A DNA stretch of 64,000 nucleotides, taken from Thermoanaerobaculum sp. Lineage in GTDB: Bacteria > Acidobacteriota > Thermoanaerobaculia > Multivoradales > UBA5704. The notes beneath the pieces are model-generated. The model had not been told where the DNA came from. It worked only from the letters and a program-made list of their open reading frames with translations, and searched no databases. Position numbers and translations under genes: made by a program. The stretch spans positions 1,559-65,558 of the forward strand of contig JAJKHS010000055.1 of NCBI GenBank assembly GCA_021154885.1. Reading direction: 5' to 3'. Below are positions 46,955-56,204 of this stretch, one piece after another; position 1 is the stretch's first letter, and every line of letters starts with the position of its first letter.

Positions 46955-48142
46955 TCAGGCACCTCGCCTGACGGTGACGACCGTGAAGCCGTCCGTTTCG
47001 ACTTCCAGATCCGGATTTCCATTGCGGGCCAGCATCCGCCGGACCAACCGGACGCCTCGGCCGAGTTGCTCGACGTAACCCAACTCGACGAGCCAGCGGG
47101 TGATGGTGGGATTTCGATAATCGGCATGACTCCCAAACTCGCCCTCGCTGGCGTGGCCAAAGGGACCACCGGGGTTCGAGCAGACGATCCGGTCGTCGAA
47201 CCATTCCACCCGGGCAGGCGCGTTCGTGCCCTCGTAAAGCCGGTGCTGGACGAGATTTCGCGCCAGCTCCCGGAGAGCCTCGAGGGGGTACTCGGGACGA
47301 TAAGGGGTCTTGATCCCCTCGACGGGCGCCGGAATGCTGGCGAGGTGTGCGCTGAGCTGAGCCCAGATCGCCTCCAGTTGGTCGGGCAGGGTGCCGGTGA
47401 TGGTTTTCCGCGCGGCGACCGGAGCATCCACCTCCGTCCCGCCATAGCGGACGAACTCGATCACGGCGCCCGGAAAGAACTCCTGAGGGTTCTGACCAAA
47501 CAGCAGGAGGGCGGCGGCATTGGGGATCCAGGTCTCGCCGATGGTACGCCCCAGGTCCTTCCGCGTGAGCCAGGCCTCCAGAGAGGGGAAGCTCTCGGAA
47601 TCGTGGTTACCCTCCCTCGCCGTTTCGTACATTACGCGTAAAGTGGACACGCGAAGATCTTCGAGCCTCGCCCCGTGAAAGGGCCGGTAGTCGAAGGGTT
47701 GGCGGCTTTCCGGGCGTCTCTCCCGCAGACGGAGGAGGTCGGCTTCCCGGGCGCGTTCCGTGACGGTCCCTCTCCGCACCCAGACCGTGCCGTCGACCGT
47801 GACGACAGGTGGTACGGGGTAGGGCTCAATGCGGACGACCAGGATGGTTCTACCGTCCCTCTGGATGGGCTCCATGCTGTAGGAGGGGGTGGGAACGAGC
47901 TTTACGGAGGAGAGGCGGTTGGCAAGCTTCTGCTGCATCTCGTCGAGATCGCCCTCTACACCGACCACCCGCCCATCATTGGCCAAACCAATAACGAGGA
48001 ACCCAGGACGCCGGCTGTCTCCAAGGTCGTTCGCCAAGGCGCCTGCGGCACGGAGAATGTCTCCCACGTCGGCCGCAGACTGTTTCCATTCCACGCGCTC
48101 GCTCTCTCCAGCGAGCGTATCCCTGAGATCTTCTGGTGTCAT
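46955..48142 (-). CDS. AlbA_2 (Schlafen-like) + divergent HATPase_c domain protein (COG2865-type putative DNA-binding regulator)
   Basis: RVEWKQSAADVGDILRAAGALANDLGDSRRPGFLVIGLANDGRVVGVEG (AlbA_2-like); C-terminal ...NPGGPFGHAS... Confidence 0.5.
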   Translation of the reverse strand: MTPEDLRDTLAGESERVEWKQSAADVGDILRAAGALANDLGDSRRPGFLVIGLANDGRVVGVEGDLDEMQQKLANRLSSVKLVPTPSYSMEPIQRDGRTILVVRIEPYPVPPVVTVDGTVWVRRGTVTERAREADLLRLRERRPESRQPFDYRPFHGARLEDLRVSTLRVMYETAREGNHDSESFPSLEAWLTRKDLGRTIGETWIPNAAALLLFGQNPQEFFPGAVIEFVRYGGTEVDAPVAARKTITGTLPDQLEAIWAQLSAHLASIPAPVEGIKTPYRPEYPLEALRELARNLVQHRLYEGTNAPARVEWFDDRIVCSNPGGPFGHASEGEFGSHADYRNPTITRWLVELGYVEQLGRGVRLVRRMLARNGNPDLEVETDGFTVVTVRRGA

Positions 48143-48267
48143 GATGTCGGGAGCTGGTTTCTGTTGGCGGCGGCCTGCTCCCTTCTACCACAGAATTTCT
48201 GGAGGCGGAGAGAGCAACCCTGCCCGTGCGAAGCGCGTATCCCTGAGAGAGACTCTGAGGTATAACG

Positions 48268-50568
48268 ATGAAGAGCCAACCTCAACTCCCTAGACTTGCC
48301 GTCGGCCTCGCCGTCGGCGCCCTGGTCTTCGCGACGGGGGTGACCCTGGCGCGGCAATGGCTGCCCGATTGGCAAGCCGATCGCCTCGCCCCGCAGGCGG
48401 TCTTCGTTCAGCGTTTCCAGGAGATGGCGCAGGCGGCGGGAATGCGGCTGGACCCCGGCGCTCCCCACGTCGCTTTCGCCAGACCCGACAAGGACCTGGA
48501 CCTGGACGACTCCGTCCTCGATGGGCTGAAGCCGGACAAGGCCGCTGACGTGGGGGTAGGGTTGCTCGTCGACGTAAGGCACCGCGGGAGGTGGCTGGAC
48601 CGCCATGACCGTCCCCGCGAGCTGATCGTCCACTTCTCCGCCTCCGGACACCCCCTGCTCCTCCAACTCGGGACGACGCAGGAGATGGTCACGAGCGCGA
48701 TGCGCAGGGAGGCGGCGCCCGCGCCCGAGTCGCAGGCCCGGCTCGCCCGCCTCCTCCTGCGCCCCGGGGAGAGCCTCGGCCCACCGAGACCGGGGGGAAT
48801 CAAAGGTGCCACGGCAGGATCGACCTACCCGGTCCAGGGGAGCCGGACGGCCCAGCAGATCGTCTCGACCTCTCTGCCGGGAGGTACCCTTCTCCTGCTC
48901 CGGCAACTCGTCGAGCCCGCGGGACAGAGAGCGAACGAAACCGCCGACATCATCGCCCAAGCGGTCCTCGCGGCGTTGCCCCTGGTCGCGGGGTGCGGCA
49001 CCGCCCTCGTCCTCTTCTTCGTCCTGCTCGGGCGCCGCCGGATCAGCCTCGTCGCCGGAGCCTGGCTGGGGACGATCCTCTTCGTGGCCGGGGCGGTGGC
49101 GGCCCTCCGCGGCGATCCGACCTGGGCGGGCCTGCTGAAGATCGTCGGCGCGCTCTTCGTCGCCTTCTGGGCATTCCTGGTCTGGTCGGTCGGCGAGTCG
49201 TACCTGCGCTCGGCGCAGCCGGGGCTGACCGTGGGCCTCGACGCCCTGCGCACCGGGCGGCTCGGTCCCCGGGGAGGCCGCGCGCTGGTGTGGGGCCTCG
49301 CCGCCGGCGCCGCACTGGCGGGGCTGCGGCTGGCCGCGGAAGCCGTCGCGGCACGCCTGCCCAACGCCTGGCCCAGGGGTGGGAGCCTGCGATTGCCGGT
49401 GTTCGACGTCCAGACCCCATTGCACGACGGCGTCATCCTCGCCGGCGGCGTGGCCCTCGCGATGGGGCTCGCCTGGCGGTTCGTGCCTGCGCGCTGGGGC
49501 GGGGCCGTTGCGGCACTCGCCGCCGGCCTGGCCATCCCCTTCGCGTCTCTCCACCCCGCCCCGTTCCAGGCGGTCGTCGGCGTGGCGGCTGCGGCCGTGC
49601 TCGTCTTCCTGATCCAGCGCGTCGGTCTTGCCGCCGGGCTCGCCGCCGCCCTCTGCACCTTCCTGCTCCAGGCCGCGGCCTTCTGTGCGCTCTATGCGGC
49701 CTGGCTCCCCGTCTCTCTGGCCGTGACGGCAGGCACGCCGGCCCTCCTCCTCGTCCTGGGCTTCGTCGGGCTCAGTCGCTCCGGGGAGCCAGAGATCGAG
49801 CAGCTCAAGCAGCCGGCGTTCATGAAGCGCATCGAGGAGGAGCGGCGGCTGAAATACGAGATGGACCTGCTCGCCCGCATGCAGGTGGGACTGCTGCCCA
49901 AGTCCGATCCCGAGATCGCAGGCTGGGACATCGCTGCCCGCTCGTTGCTGGCGACCGAGGCCGGGGGCGACCTCTACGATTTCATCGAGGACGATGAGGG
50001 CCACCTCTGGATCGCCGCCGGCGACGTGGCCGGACACGGCTACTCCTGCTCGATCGCTCAGGCCATGACGGTCGCCGCCCTCTCCAGCCTGGTCGCCGCC
50101 AGCCAGACCCCGGCCGGCGTGCTGCAGCGAGTGGACCGCGTCCTGCGCCGCAACACCCACCGCCACTTCACCACGCTCGCCCTGCTGCGCCTCGATCTGC
50201 GGACGGGTACAGGGCGCCTCGCCAACGCCGGCCATCCCTATGCCATGCTGAGCGCGGAGGGACAGGTTTCAGAGATCCCTCTGGCGGGCCTCCCCTTGGG
50301 CCAGGGTCCGAAACGCCAGTACGCCGACACGGCCCTGGAGATCCCGCCCGGCGCCGCCCTCGTCTTCTCCTCGGACGGCCTCTTCGAAGCCACCGACACC
50401 CGGGGAATCTCCTACGGCTACGATCGCCCGCGGGAGGTGCTCCAGGGCCTCGCCGGAAAATCCGCGCAGGAGATCCTCGAAGGGCTGCTGGCGGACTGGC
50501 GGCTCTACCGGGGCAGTGTCGAGCAGGAGGACGATACGACGGTGGTGGTGGTAAAGCGGGTCGGTTGA
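48268..50568 (+). CDS. polytopic membrane sensor with C-terminal PP2C/SpoIIE-type serine phosphatase domain
   Basis: ~10 TM helices then GGDLYDF...IAAGDVAGHGYSCSIAQAMT...VFSSDGLFEA...DDTTVVVVKRV. Confidence 0.72.
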   Translation: MKSQPQLPRLAVGLAVGALVFATGVTLARQWLPDWQADRLAPQAVFVQRFQEMAQAAGMRLDPGAPHVAFARPDKDLDLDDSVLDGLKPDKAADVGVGLLVDVRHRGRWLDRHDRPRELIVHFSASGHPLLLQLGTTQEMVTSAMRREAAPAPESQARLARLLLRPGESLGPPRPGGIKGATAGSTYPVQGSRTAQQIVSTSLPGGTLLLLRQLVEPAGQRANETADIIAQAVLAALPLVAGCGTALVLFFVLLGRRRISLVAGAWLGTILFVAGAVAALRGDPTWAGLLKIVGALFVAFWAFLVWSVGESYLRSAQPGLTVGLDALRTGRLGPRGGRALVWGLAAGAALAGLRLAAEAVAARLPNAWPRGGSLRLPVFDVQTPLHDGVILAGGVALAMGLAWRFVPARWGGAVAALAAGLAIPFASLHPAPFQAVVGVAAAAVLVFLIQRVGLAAGLAAALCTFLLQAAAFCALYAAWLPVSLAVTAGTPALLLVLGFVGLSRSGEPEIEQLKQPAFMKRIEEERRLKYEMDLLARMQVGLLPKSDPEIAGWDIAARSLLATEAGGDLYDFIEDDEGHLWIAAGDVAGHGYSCSIAQAMTVAALSSLVAASQTPAGVLQRVDRVLRRNTHRHFTTLALLRLDLRTGTGRLANAGHPYAMLSAEGQVSEIPLAGLPLGQGPKRQYADTALEIPPGAALVFSSDGLFEATDTRGISYGYDRPREVLQGLAGKSAQEILEGLLADWRLYRGSVEQEDDTTVVVVKRVG

Positions 50569-50585
50569 TGAAAGAGAGACAAAAT

Positions 50586-50747
50586 TCAAAAACTCCGCAA
50601 GCCATCACTGAAAACACCCTGTCTGGCGACGAGATCATTGTAGGTCTCGATCGCTTCTCGATTCTCCTCCAGCCAGAGCTCACGCTTCCTTTTCCGAATT
50701 TCCTCGGCCAAGTCGTCCCTGCGGGTTGCGGAAGGATTGATACGCAT
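50586..50747 (-). CDS. CcdA-family antitoxin C-terminal (toxin-binding) fragment, 53 aa, orphan; not in supplied ORF track (below length cutoff)
   Basis: Hand translation MRINPSATRRDDLAEEIRKRKRELWLEENREAIETYNDLVARQGVFSDGLRSF*; pattern R-x-R-x-E-x-W-x-x-EN-x-E...G-x-F-x-D-x-x-R-x-F matches CcdA C-terminus (F-plasmid RAERWKAENQEGMAEVARFIEMNGSFADENRDW); region GC ~45%. Confidence 0.5.
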   Translation of the reverse strand: MRINPSATRRDDLAEEIRKRKRELWLEENREAIETYNDLVARQGVFSDGLRSF

Positions 50748-50752
50748 AAACT

Positions 50753-52522
50753 TTACATCAGCCGCAGATCCCGCTTGATCTCGTTGATCCGCGCCTGGAC
50801 CGCCCCACGGTCCAGGGTGCGGAAGCGCTCCGGCAGCAGCTCGCGGCTGGTGCTTTCAAGGACGGCGCAGAGGATTTGCATCTCCCGTTCCCGCGAGTTG
50901 GCCGGCGGGATGAAGTCGCTGAAGGCCTTCTGCAGATGCTCGGCCTTCACTTCGGAGGAGTCGGCCGCCTCGGCCTCCAGGGTGGCCCGCACCAGCACGG
51001 CTTCGAGGTCCGAGCCGGAGAGGCCCAGGTACTGGTCCTCCGTCGCCACGCTGGAAATAGAGGTCACCGCGGTCTTCAAGCCCAGCTTCTTCAGCATCAC
51101 GCGGTAGATCTCGTCGTACTCGGCCGCCGTCTCCGGGTAGAAGAGGGGAATGTGCTCCTCGGCCCGCCCCTGGCGCTTGAGGTCGATGGGCAGCAGGTCC
51201 GGCCGGGCGGTGATGAGGAACCAGAGGATCCGGCCGCGGTATTGGGTGTCGCCCATGAAGGCGGCGATCTGCGCGAAGACGCGGTTCTGGGTGCCGGAGT
51301 CCCCGGACTGATCGCGATTGCCGAGCGCGGCGTCGGCCTCGTCCACCACCACGCCCACCGGGGTGAGCGAGGCGAGGATCTTCAGGATCCGCTCCAGGTT
51401 GGATTCGGTGGCGCCCACCCACATGGAGCGGAAGTTCTTCAGCTTCACGCACGGGAAGCCGATCTCGTTGGCGAAGCACTCGACGAGGAACGTCTTGGCG
51501 CTCCCCACCGGGCCGCAGATCAGATAGCCCATGGGCACCGCGGCCGGGTTCCCCCGGGCGATGGCCCGGGCGGCGCGGCGCAGACGGTCCTTGACCGCCG
51601 GCATGCCCGCCACCATCGAGAGGTCGAACTTCGGCTCCACGTACTCCAGCAGGCCGAGCCCCTCGGTCTCGATGACCTCCTTTTTCATCGCCCGCACCCG
51701 CTCGCGGGTGAGGTGGTCGCCGTTGGCGTCGGCACCCTCCAGGAGCTGCCCGATCTGCACCCGGGTCATGCCGGCGGTCAGCTCGGCGAGCCGCTGGGGC
51801 GGCAGGTCCGACTTGCTTGCGTACCACTCGGGGAAGCGCACGGCCTGGAGATAGGTGAGCCGCTCGCCCGGGTCGGGACGGACGATCTCGATCTCCCGCG
51901 TCGAATGGGAGCGCACCAGCTTGGGGTCCAGCTCGGCCAGGCTCTCCGTCACCATCACGATGACGACGTTCTTGGCCAGCAGCACCGGGTCCTGCGACCA
52001 CTTGCGGAGATAGACCAGCACAGCCCGGTCCTCCGGCGTGCGGTAGGCCACCTCGGCGGCGGGGACGATCGTCTCGGCGAAGGGCAGCAGGAGCGCCACC
52101 GGCCGCGCCGGCTGGCAGGAGGCGCACTGGAGATAGTAGGAGTCGAGCAGGGCGAAGCAGTTGGGCGCGTCGCGGGGCAGGCCGTCCGCCCAGCCCGTGC
52201 CATGTACGGCGTCGTAGCCCTTCACGAAGCCCTGGAAGTGGTTGCGCGCCGCGGGCGTGGCAAAGCCCAGGCCCTCGGCGCGATTGTAGGTGACGATGGA
52301 CGGCCAGCCGGCGAAGAGCTGCTGGACCAGAAAGTCATCGAGCGACAGGAAGCGCAGCCCGGCCGAGCCGCGCACCGGCACCAGGTCGGCCGGCACGCCG
52401 TGGATGACGAAGGTGTTCGCCTGCTTCGCGGTGATGGCCCGCACCAGCTCCGACGCCCAAGGCGGGAGCGAGTCCAGGAAGACCGGCGGCGAGACAGCGG
52501 CGGTTTCAGGCATCGCAGGCAC
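50753..52522 (-). CDS. classical AAA+ ATPase (Vps4/katanin/CDC48-type single AAA domain with large N-terminal region)
   Basis: Walker [23 protein letters not shown], Walker [10 protein letters not shown], arginine finger region ...[17 protein letters not shown]. Confidence 0.8.
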   Translation of the reverse strand: MPAMPETAAVSPPVFLDSLPPWASELVRAITAKQANTFVIHGVPADLVPVRGSAGLRFLSLDDFLVQQLFAGWPSIVTYNRAEGLGFATPAARNHFQGFVKGYDAVHGTGWADGLPRDAPNCFALLDSYYLQCASCQPARPVALLLPFAETIVPAAEVAYRTPEDRAVLVYLRKWSQDPVLLAKNVVIVMVTESLAELDPKLVRSHSTREIEIVRPDPGERLTYLQAVRFPEWYASKSDLPPQRLAELTAGMTRVQIGQLLEGADANGDHLTRERVRAMKKEVIETEGLGLLEYVEPKFDLSMVAGMPAVKDRLRRAARAIARGNPAAVPMGYLICGPVGSAKTFLVECFANEIGFPCVKLKNFRSMWVGATESNLERILKILASLTPVGVVVDEADAALGNRDQSGDSGTQNRVFAQIAAFMGDTQYRGRILWFLITARPDLLPIDLKRQGRAEEHIPLFYPETAAEYDEIYRVMLKKLGLKTAVTSISSVATEDQYLGLSGSDLEAVLVRATLEAEAADSSEVKAEHLQKAFSDFIPPANSREREMQILCAVLESTSRELLPERFRTLDRGAVQARINEIKRDLRLM

Positions 52523-52534
52523 CCGCGGACATCC

Positions 52535-53296
52535 CTAGCCGGCGTCCGGCAGCTTCTGCGGCGCCGCCGCCTGGCCCGTGGCCTGGGTGGGGAACGGCGC
52601 GGCCTCGCGGGTGGCGTCCGGCTTCTTGAGACCCATCTCCACCTCGAACTCCGAGAGCACGCTCTGGGCCTGGAGCTGCCGGGCCTTGCGCTCGTTCTTG
52701 ATGCGGTCGACGTCGAGCCCGCCGGTGGCCACCTCGACGGCGGCCTTGGCCTCGGCGGAGCGCTGCCGGATCTCGTCCAGGTACTTGTCGTTGGTGGCGG
52801 CGGTGCCGTAGGTGTCGAGCTCGGCGATGGCCGAGGCGGCGCTCCGGAGCGCCGAGGCGTTCTTCGACTCGGTGATCGCCTTGCGGCTCTCCTCCATCTT
52901 CTGCCGCAGCTTCTGCTTAATGTCCTCCACCGTGATCTGGGCGTTCTCGAAGGCCTTGCTGGCCGCCGTGAGCTGGTCGGTGGTGGTCTGCAGCTCCTGG
53001 CGCACCTGCTGCAGGCTCGAGGCGTCGTCCTCGGCGAGGCGGCGGGACTCGGGGCTCCCCTCGGTGAGGGCGGCCTTGATCGAGTTGACGAGCTGCTTCT
53101 CCCGGCTCTCCAGGGCCTGCTTGCCCTGCTCCAGGCGGATGACGGTGGCACGGGTGGTGATCAGGATCTGGTTCAGCTTGGGCAGAGTGTTGCGCATCTC
53201 CTCGATCGACTCCTGGAGCATGACCTCCGGGTCCTCGGCGAAGGAGATGAAGTAGCCGATCCACGACTTGATGACTCGGGCGAGGCGGTCGAACAT
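52535..53296 (-). CDS. pspA: PspA/IM30/Vipp1-family (bacterial ESCRT-III-like) protein
   Basis: MFDRLARVIKSWIGYFISFAEDPEVMLQESIEEMRNTLPKLNQ... collinear with PspA N-terminus; long coiled-coil. Confidence 0.8.
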   Translation of the reverse strand: MFDRLARVIKSWIGYFISFAEDPEVMLQESIEEMRNTLPKLNQILITTRATVIRLEQGKQALESREKQLVNSIKAALTEGSPESRRLAEDDASSLQQVRQELQTTTDQLTAASKAFENAQITVEDIKQKLRQKMEESRKAITESKNASALRSAASAIAELDTYGTAATNDKYLDEIRQRSAEAKAAVEVATGGLDVDRIKNERKARQLQAQSVLSEFEVEMGLKKPDATREAAPFPTQATGQAAAPQKLPDAG

Positions 53297-53358
53297 GGCG
53301 ATCTCTCCTGGGATGGGCCCGCGGCATCTCCGCGCCATGGCGGCGCGGGCGGCCAGCC

Positions 53359-54087
53359 CTATTTCGGGTGCGCCTCCGGCGCGGCAGGGGCCGCCGGGCG
53401 GGGCGATTCCGCGGTCGTGATGGGGTTCGCCTCGACGAACGGGTTGACGGCGTCGTACAGCTTGCGCTCCTCGGCGCGCTTGATCACCAGCCAGCGGGAG
53501 AGCTTGGCCTGCTCCGCCTCCAGGGCGATGCGGTTGGCCTCCATCTTCTCCCGGTTGCGGCGGGTGACCTCGTCGATCTCCGCCTGGAGCTGGGCGTTGT
53601 CCTTGTCGAGCTGATCGGAGCGGGAGGCCAGCTTGTTGCGCAGGAACTCCTCGAACTTGTCCAGCGCCTGGTCGCGCCGCACGGCGTCCTGGACGATGTC
53701 GGTGACCGGCACCGGCCCGGAGGGATTCATGTTGAGGAACCCGGTGAGGGCCGCCGCCTTGGCCCGGGCGTCGAGCGAGGCGAAGCCCGGCGAGGCGAAG
53801 ATCTCCAGCACCTTGCTGGCGGTGTAGCCGTGGGGCGGGTCCGTCACCCCGGCGGCCCGGTAGATGGCCGCGAAGTCGGGAACGTCGTCGCCGCTCTCGC
53901 CGTCCCCGGCGGGCAGCTTGGCCGCGTCGATGGCCGGCGGCGCGGGGAGCGTGCCGAGCAGGTCCCGGATGTCGGCGGGCGGCCCCGGAGGCGACGGCGG
54001 GCTCGCCGGCGGCGGCATGGCGGCGGCGCTCTCCTCCGGCGACACCTCCACGAGCTTCATCTTGCTGAGCACTTCCTTGAGACCCAT
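53359..54087 (-). CDS. Pro-rich N-terminus + coiled-coil hypothetical protein, first gene of PspA/AAA operon
   Basis: No domain recognised; coiled-coil heptads in C-half (DKDNAQLQAEIDEVTRRNREKMEANRIALEAEQAKL). Confidence 0.45.
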   Translation of the reverse strand: MGLKEVLSKMKLVEVSPEESAAAMPPPASPPSPPGPPADIRDLLGTLPAPPAIDAAKLPAGDGESGDDVPDFAAIYRAAGVTDPPHGYTASKVLEIFASPGFASLDARAKAAALTGFLNMNPSGPVPVTDIVQDAVRRDQALDKFEEFLRNKLASRSDQLDKDNAQLQAEIDEVTRRNREKMEANRIALEAEQAKLSRWLVIKRAEERKLYDAVNPFVEANPITTAESPRPAAPAAPEAHPK

Positions 54088-54400
54088 GGCGGTTTCCCTC
54101 GGGCTGAAAATCGAAGCCTATGGCCGGGGGCAGGGGGTGTCAAGGAGCGCTCGCATATCCCGGATACCGGCGGCGCAGGAGGGGCAGGGGCACGAGGTTC
54201 GAAAGCGGCACCAGCGATCCGGCGAGCGGGTTGAGATCGGCCATCTCCCGCGGCGTCAGCGGCCGGATCGACAGCACCCGCCGTTGCGGACGCGCCGTCT
54301 GGGGATCGCAACCACGCTCCAGGAATGCCGCCAGGAGCCAGCGGCCGAGGGTACGGCGAGCCGCGTTCACGGAGGGATTGTACTCCGCGGAGAAAGCCGG

Positions 54401-54481
54401 AGACAGGGACAGCAGGGACTCCAGGGACTTCAGGGACGAAGCTCCTGCCTCGTGTCTCTGGAGTCCCTGCTGTCCCTGTCT
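54401..54481. repeat. palindromic heptad element, copy A: four CAGGGAC heptads (9-bp register) - 33-nt spacer - four GTCCCTG heptads; arms are a perfect 24-bp inverted repeat
   Basis: agacagggacagcagggactccag (54401-54424) vs ctggagtccctgctgtccctgtct (54458-54481), exact reverse complements; 42 nt upstream of MarR start. Confidence 0.75.
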
Positions 54482-54522
54482 GGCCCCTTGCCTTCACTCC
54501 GTCATCCCTGTATGATTCACCC

Positions 54523-54960
54523 ATGAACGAAATTCCCGCAGCCGTCTGCCCCACCTCCCTCGCCTTCCAGATGCTGGGCGCGGCGCACGAGGTGGAGGCG
54601 CGGCTGGAGAGCGCGCTGGACCGCATCGGCCTGTCGGTGGCGAAGTTCGGCGTCCTTTCCAAGCTCGTGGAGGCCGGCGAGCCTCTGGCCCTGGGGTCCC
54701 TCGCGGAGCGCTCGTGCTGTGTGCGATCGAACATGACCCAGCTCGTGGACCGCCTGGAGGCCGACCGCCTCGTGGAGCGGATCAACGATCCCAGCGACCG
54801 CCGCTCCGTGCGCGCCGCCTTGACGCCCGCCGGCCGCGAGCGCCACGCCGAGGGTGCGCACATCGTCGAGGAGGCAGGACGCGCGGTCTTCGCCAGCCTG
54901 GACGACGGCGAGCGCGCCACCCTGCAGCGCGTCCTCGCACAACTGGGGAGGAGTCCCTGA
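54523..54960 (+). CDS. MarR-family transcriptional regulator
   Basis: LSVAKFGVLSKLVEAGEPLALGSLAERSCCVRSNMTQLVDRLEADRLVERINDPSDRRSVRAALTPAGRE. Confidence 0.8.
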   Translation: MNEIPAAVCPTSLAFQMLGAAHEVEARLESALDRIGLSVAKFGVLSKLVEAGEPLALGSLAERSCCVRSNMTQLVDRLEADRLVERINDPSDRRSVRAALTPAGRERHAEGAHIVEEAGRAVFASLDDGERATLQRVLAQLGRSP

Positions 54961-55040
54961 CCTCTTTTTTTGGCCCTATTGTTCAGTCATGCACTTTTGA
55001 TGGACAAACCTTTCTTAGATGAACGACAGAGGAGACACCC

Positions 55041-56159
55041 ATGACCGAATCTCATGAGCACCCACATCACCCGATATTGACCCCTGTTCAGCTCGGCCCC
55101 TACACGCTGCGCAACCGGATGGTGATGGCGCCCATGACGCGCAGCCGGGCCGGCGAGGGATTGGCGCCGACGCCCATCGCGGCTACCTACTACGCCCAGC
55201 GGGCCTCGGCGGGCCTCATCGTCACCGAGGGCTCGCAGGTCTCGCCCCAGGGCGTGGGCTATCCGAACACGCCAGGCATCCACTCCGACGCCCAGGTGGA
55301 GGGGTGGAAGCGGGTGACCGCGGCCGTGCACGAGCAGGGCGGGCGGATCTTCCTCCAGCTCTGGCATGTGGGGCGGGTCTCCCATCCCTCGTTCCAGCCG
55401 GAGGGCGCGCTGCCGGTGGCGCCCTCCGCCATCGCGGCCGAGGGGACGGTGCGCAGCGCCGACGGCCCCCAGCCGTTCGTCGCGCCGCGGGCCCTGGAGC
55501 TCGCCGAGATCCCCGGCGTCGTCGCGCAGTTCGCCCACGGCGCCCGGAGTGCCCTGGAGGCCGGCTTCGACGGCGTGGAGATCCACGGCGCCAACGGCTA
55601 CCTGATCGACCAGTTCCTGCGCGACGGCACCAACCACCGCACCGACGCCTATGGCGGGCCGGTGGAGAACCGGGTCCGCTTCCTCGTCGAGGTCGTCGAA
55701 GCGGTGGTAGGCGTCTGGGGCGCGGACCGCGTGGGGGTCCGCTTCTCGCCCACGGGAACCTTCAACAGCATGTCCGACTCAGACCCGGTGGCGACCTTCG
55801 GTCACGCCGCCCAGGCGCTCGATCGCTTCGGTCTCGCCTACCTGCACGTCGTCGAGCCTTCCAGCGGCCGCTTCGCCGTGCCGGGAGCGCCCGCCGTGGC
55901 CCAGGCGATGCGGGAGCGTTTCCACGGCGCCTTCATCCTGAACGGCGGCTTCGACCTCGCGACCGCCGACGCCGCCATCGCCGCGGGACAGGCGGACCTC
56001 ATCTCCTTCGGCCAGCTCTTCCTGGCCAACCCGGACCTCCCCGAGCGCTTCGCCGAGGGAGCGCCGCTCAACGCGCCCGACTTCGCCACCTTCTACACCG
56101 GCGGCGAGAAGGGCTACGTCGACTACCCAGCGCGGGACGCGGTGGCTGCGGCAGTGTAA
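55041..56159 (+). CDS. Old-Yellow-Enzyme-family NADH:flavin oxidoreductase (NemA-like ene-reductase)
   Basis: VMAPMTRSRA, AQRASAGLIVTEG, FLQLWHVGR, GFDGVEIHGANGYLIDQFL, RVGVRFSP. Confidence 0.85.
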   Translation: MTESHEHPHHPILTPVQLGPYTLRNRMVMAPMTRSRAGEGLAPTPIAATYYAQRASAGLIVTEGSQVSPQGVGYPNTPGIHSDAQVEGWKRVTAAVHEQGGRIFLQLWHVGRVSHPSFQPEGALPVAPSAIAAEGTVRSADGPQPFVAPRALELAEIPGVVAQFAHGARSALEAGFDGVEIHGANGYLIDQFLRDGTNHRTDAYGGPVENRVRFLVEVVEAVVGVWGADRVGVRFSPTGTFNSMSDSDPVATFGHAAQALDRFGLAYLHVVEPSSGRFAVPGAPAVAQAMRERFHGAFILNGGFDLATADAAIAAGQADLISFGQLFLANPDLPERFAEGAPLNAPDFATFYTGGEKGYVDYPARDAVAAAV

Positions 56160-56204
56160 GAGGGGGTCTGAAAAGTCTCGACAGCGGCACCGATAGCGCC
56201 CGGG

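Noticed and set aside
44722-47445. 907-aa ORF for the AlkP-family protein
   Set aside because: First 186 codons overlap the neighbouring AlbA_2 gene in another frame and are Ser/Arg/Pro-rich noise; signal-peptide-bearing start MTKIRSL at 46887 chosen.
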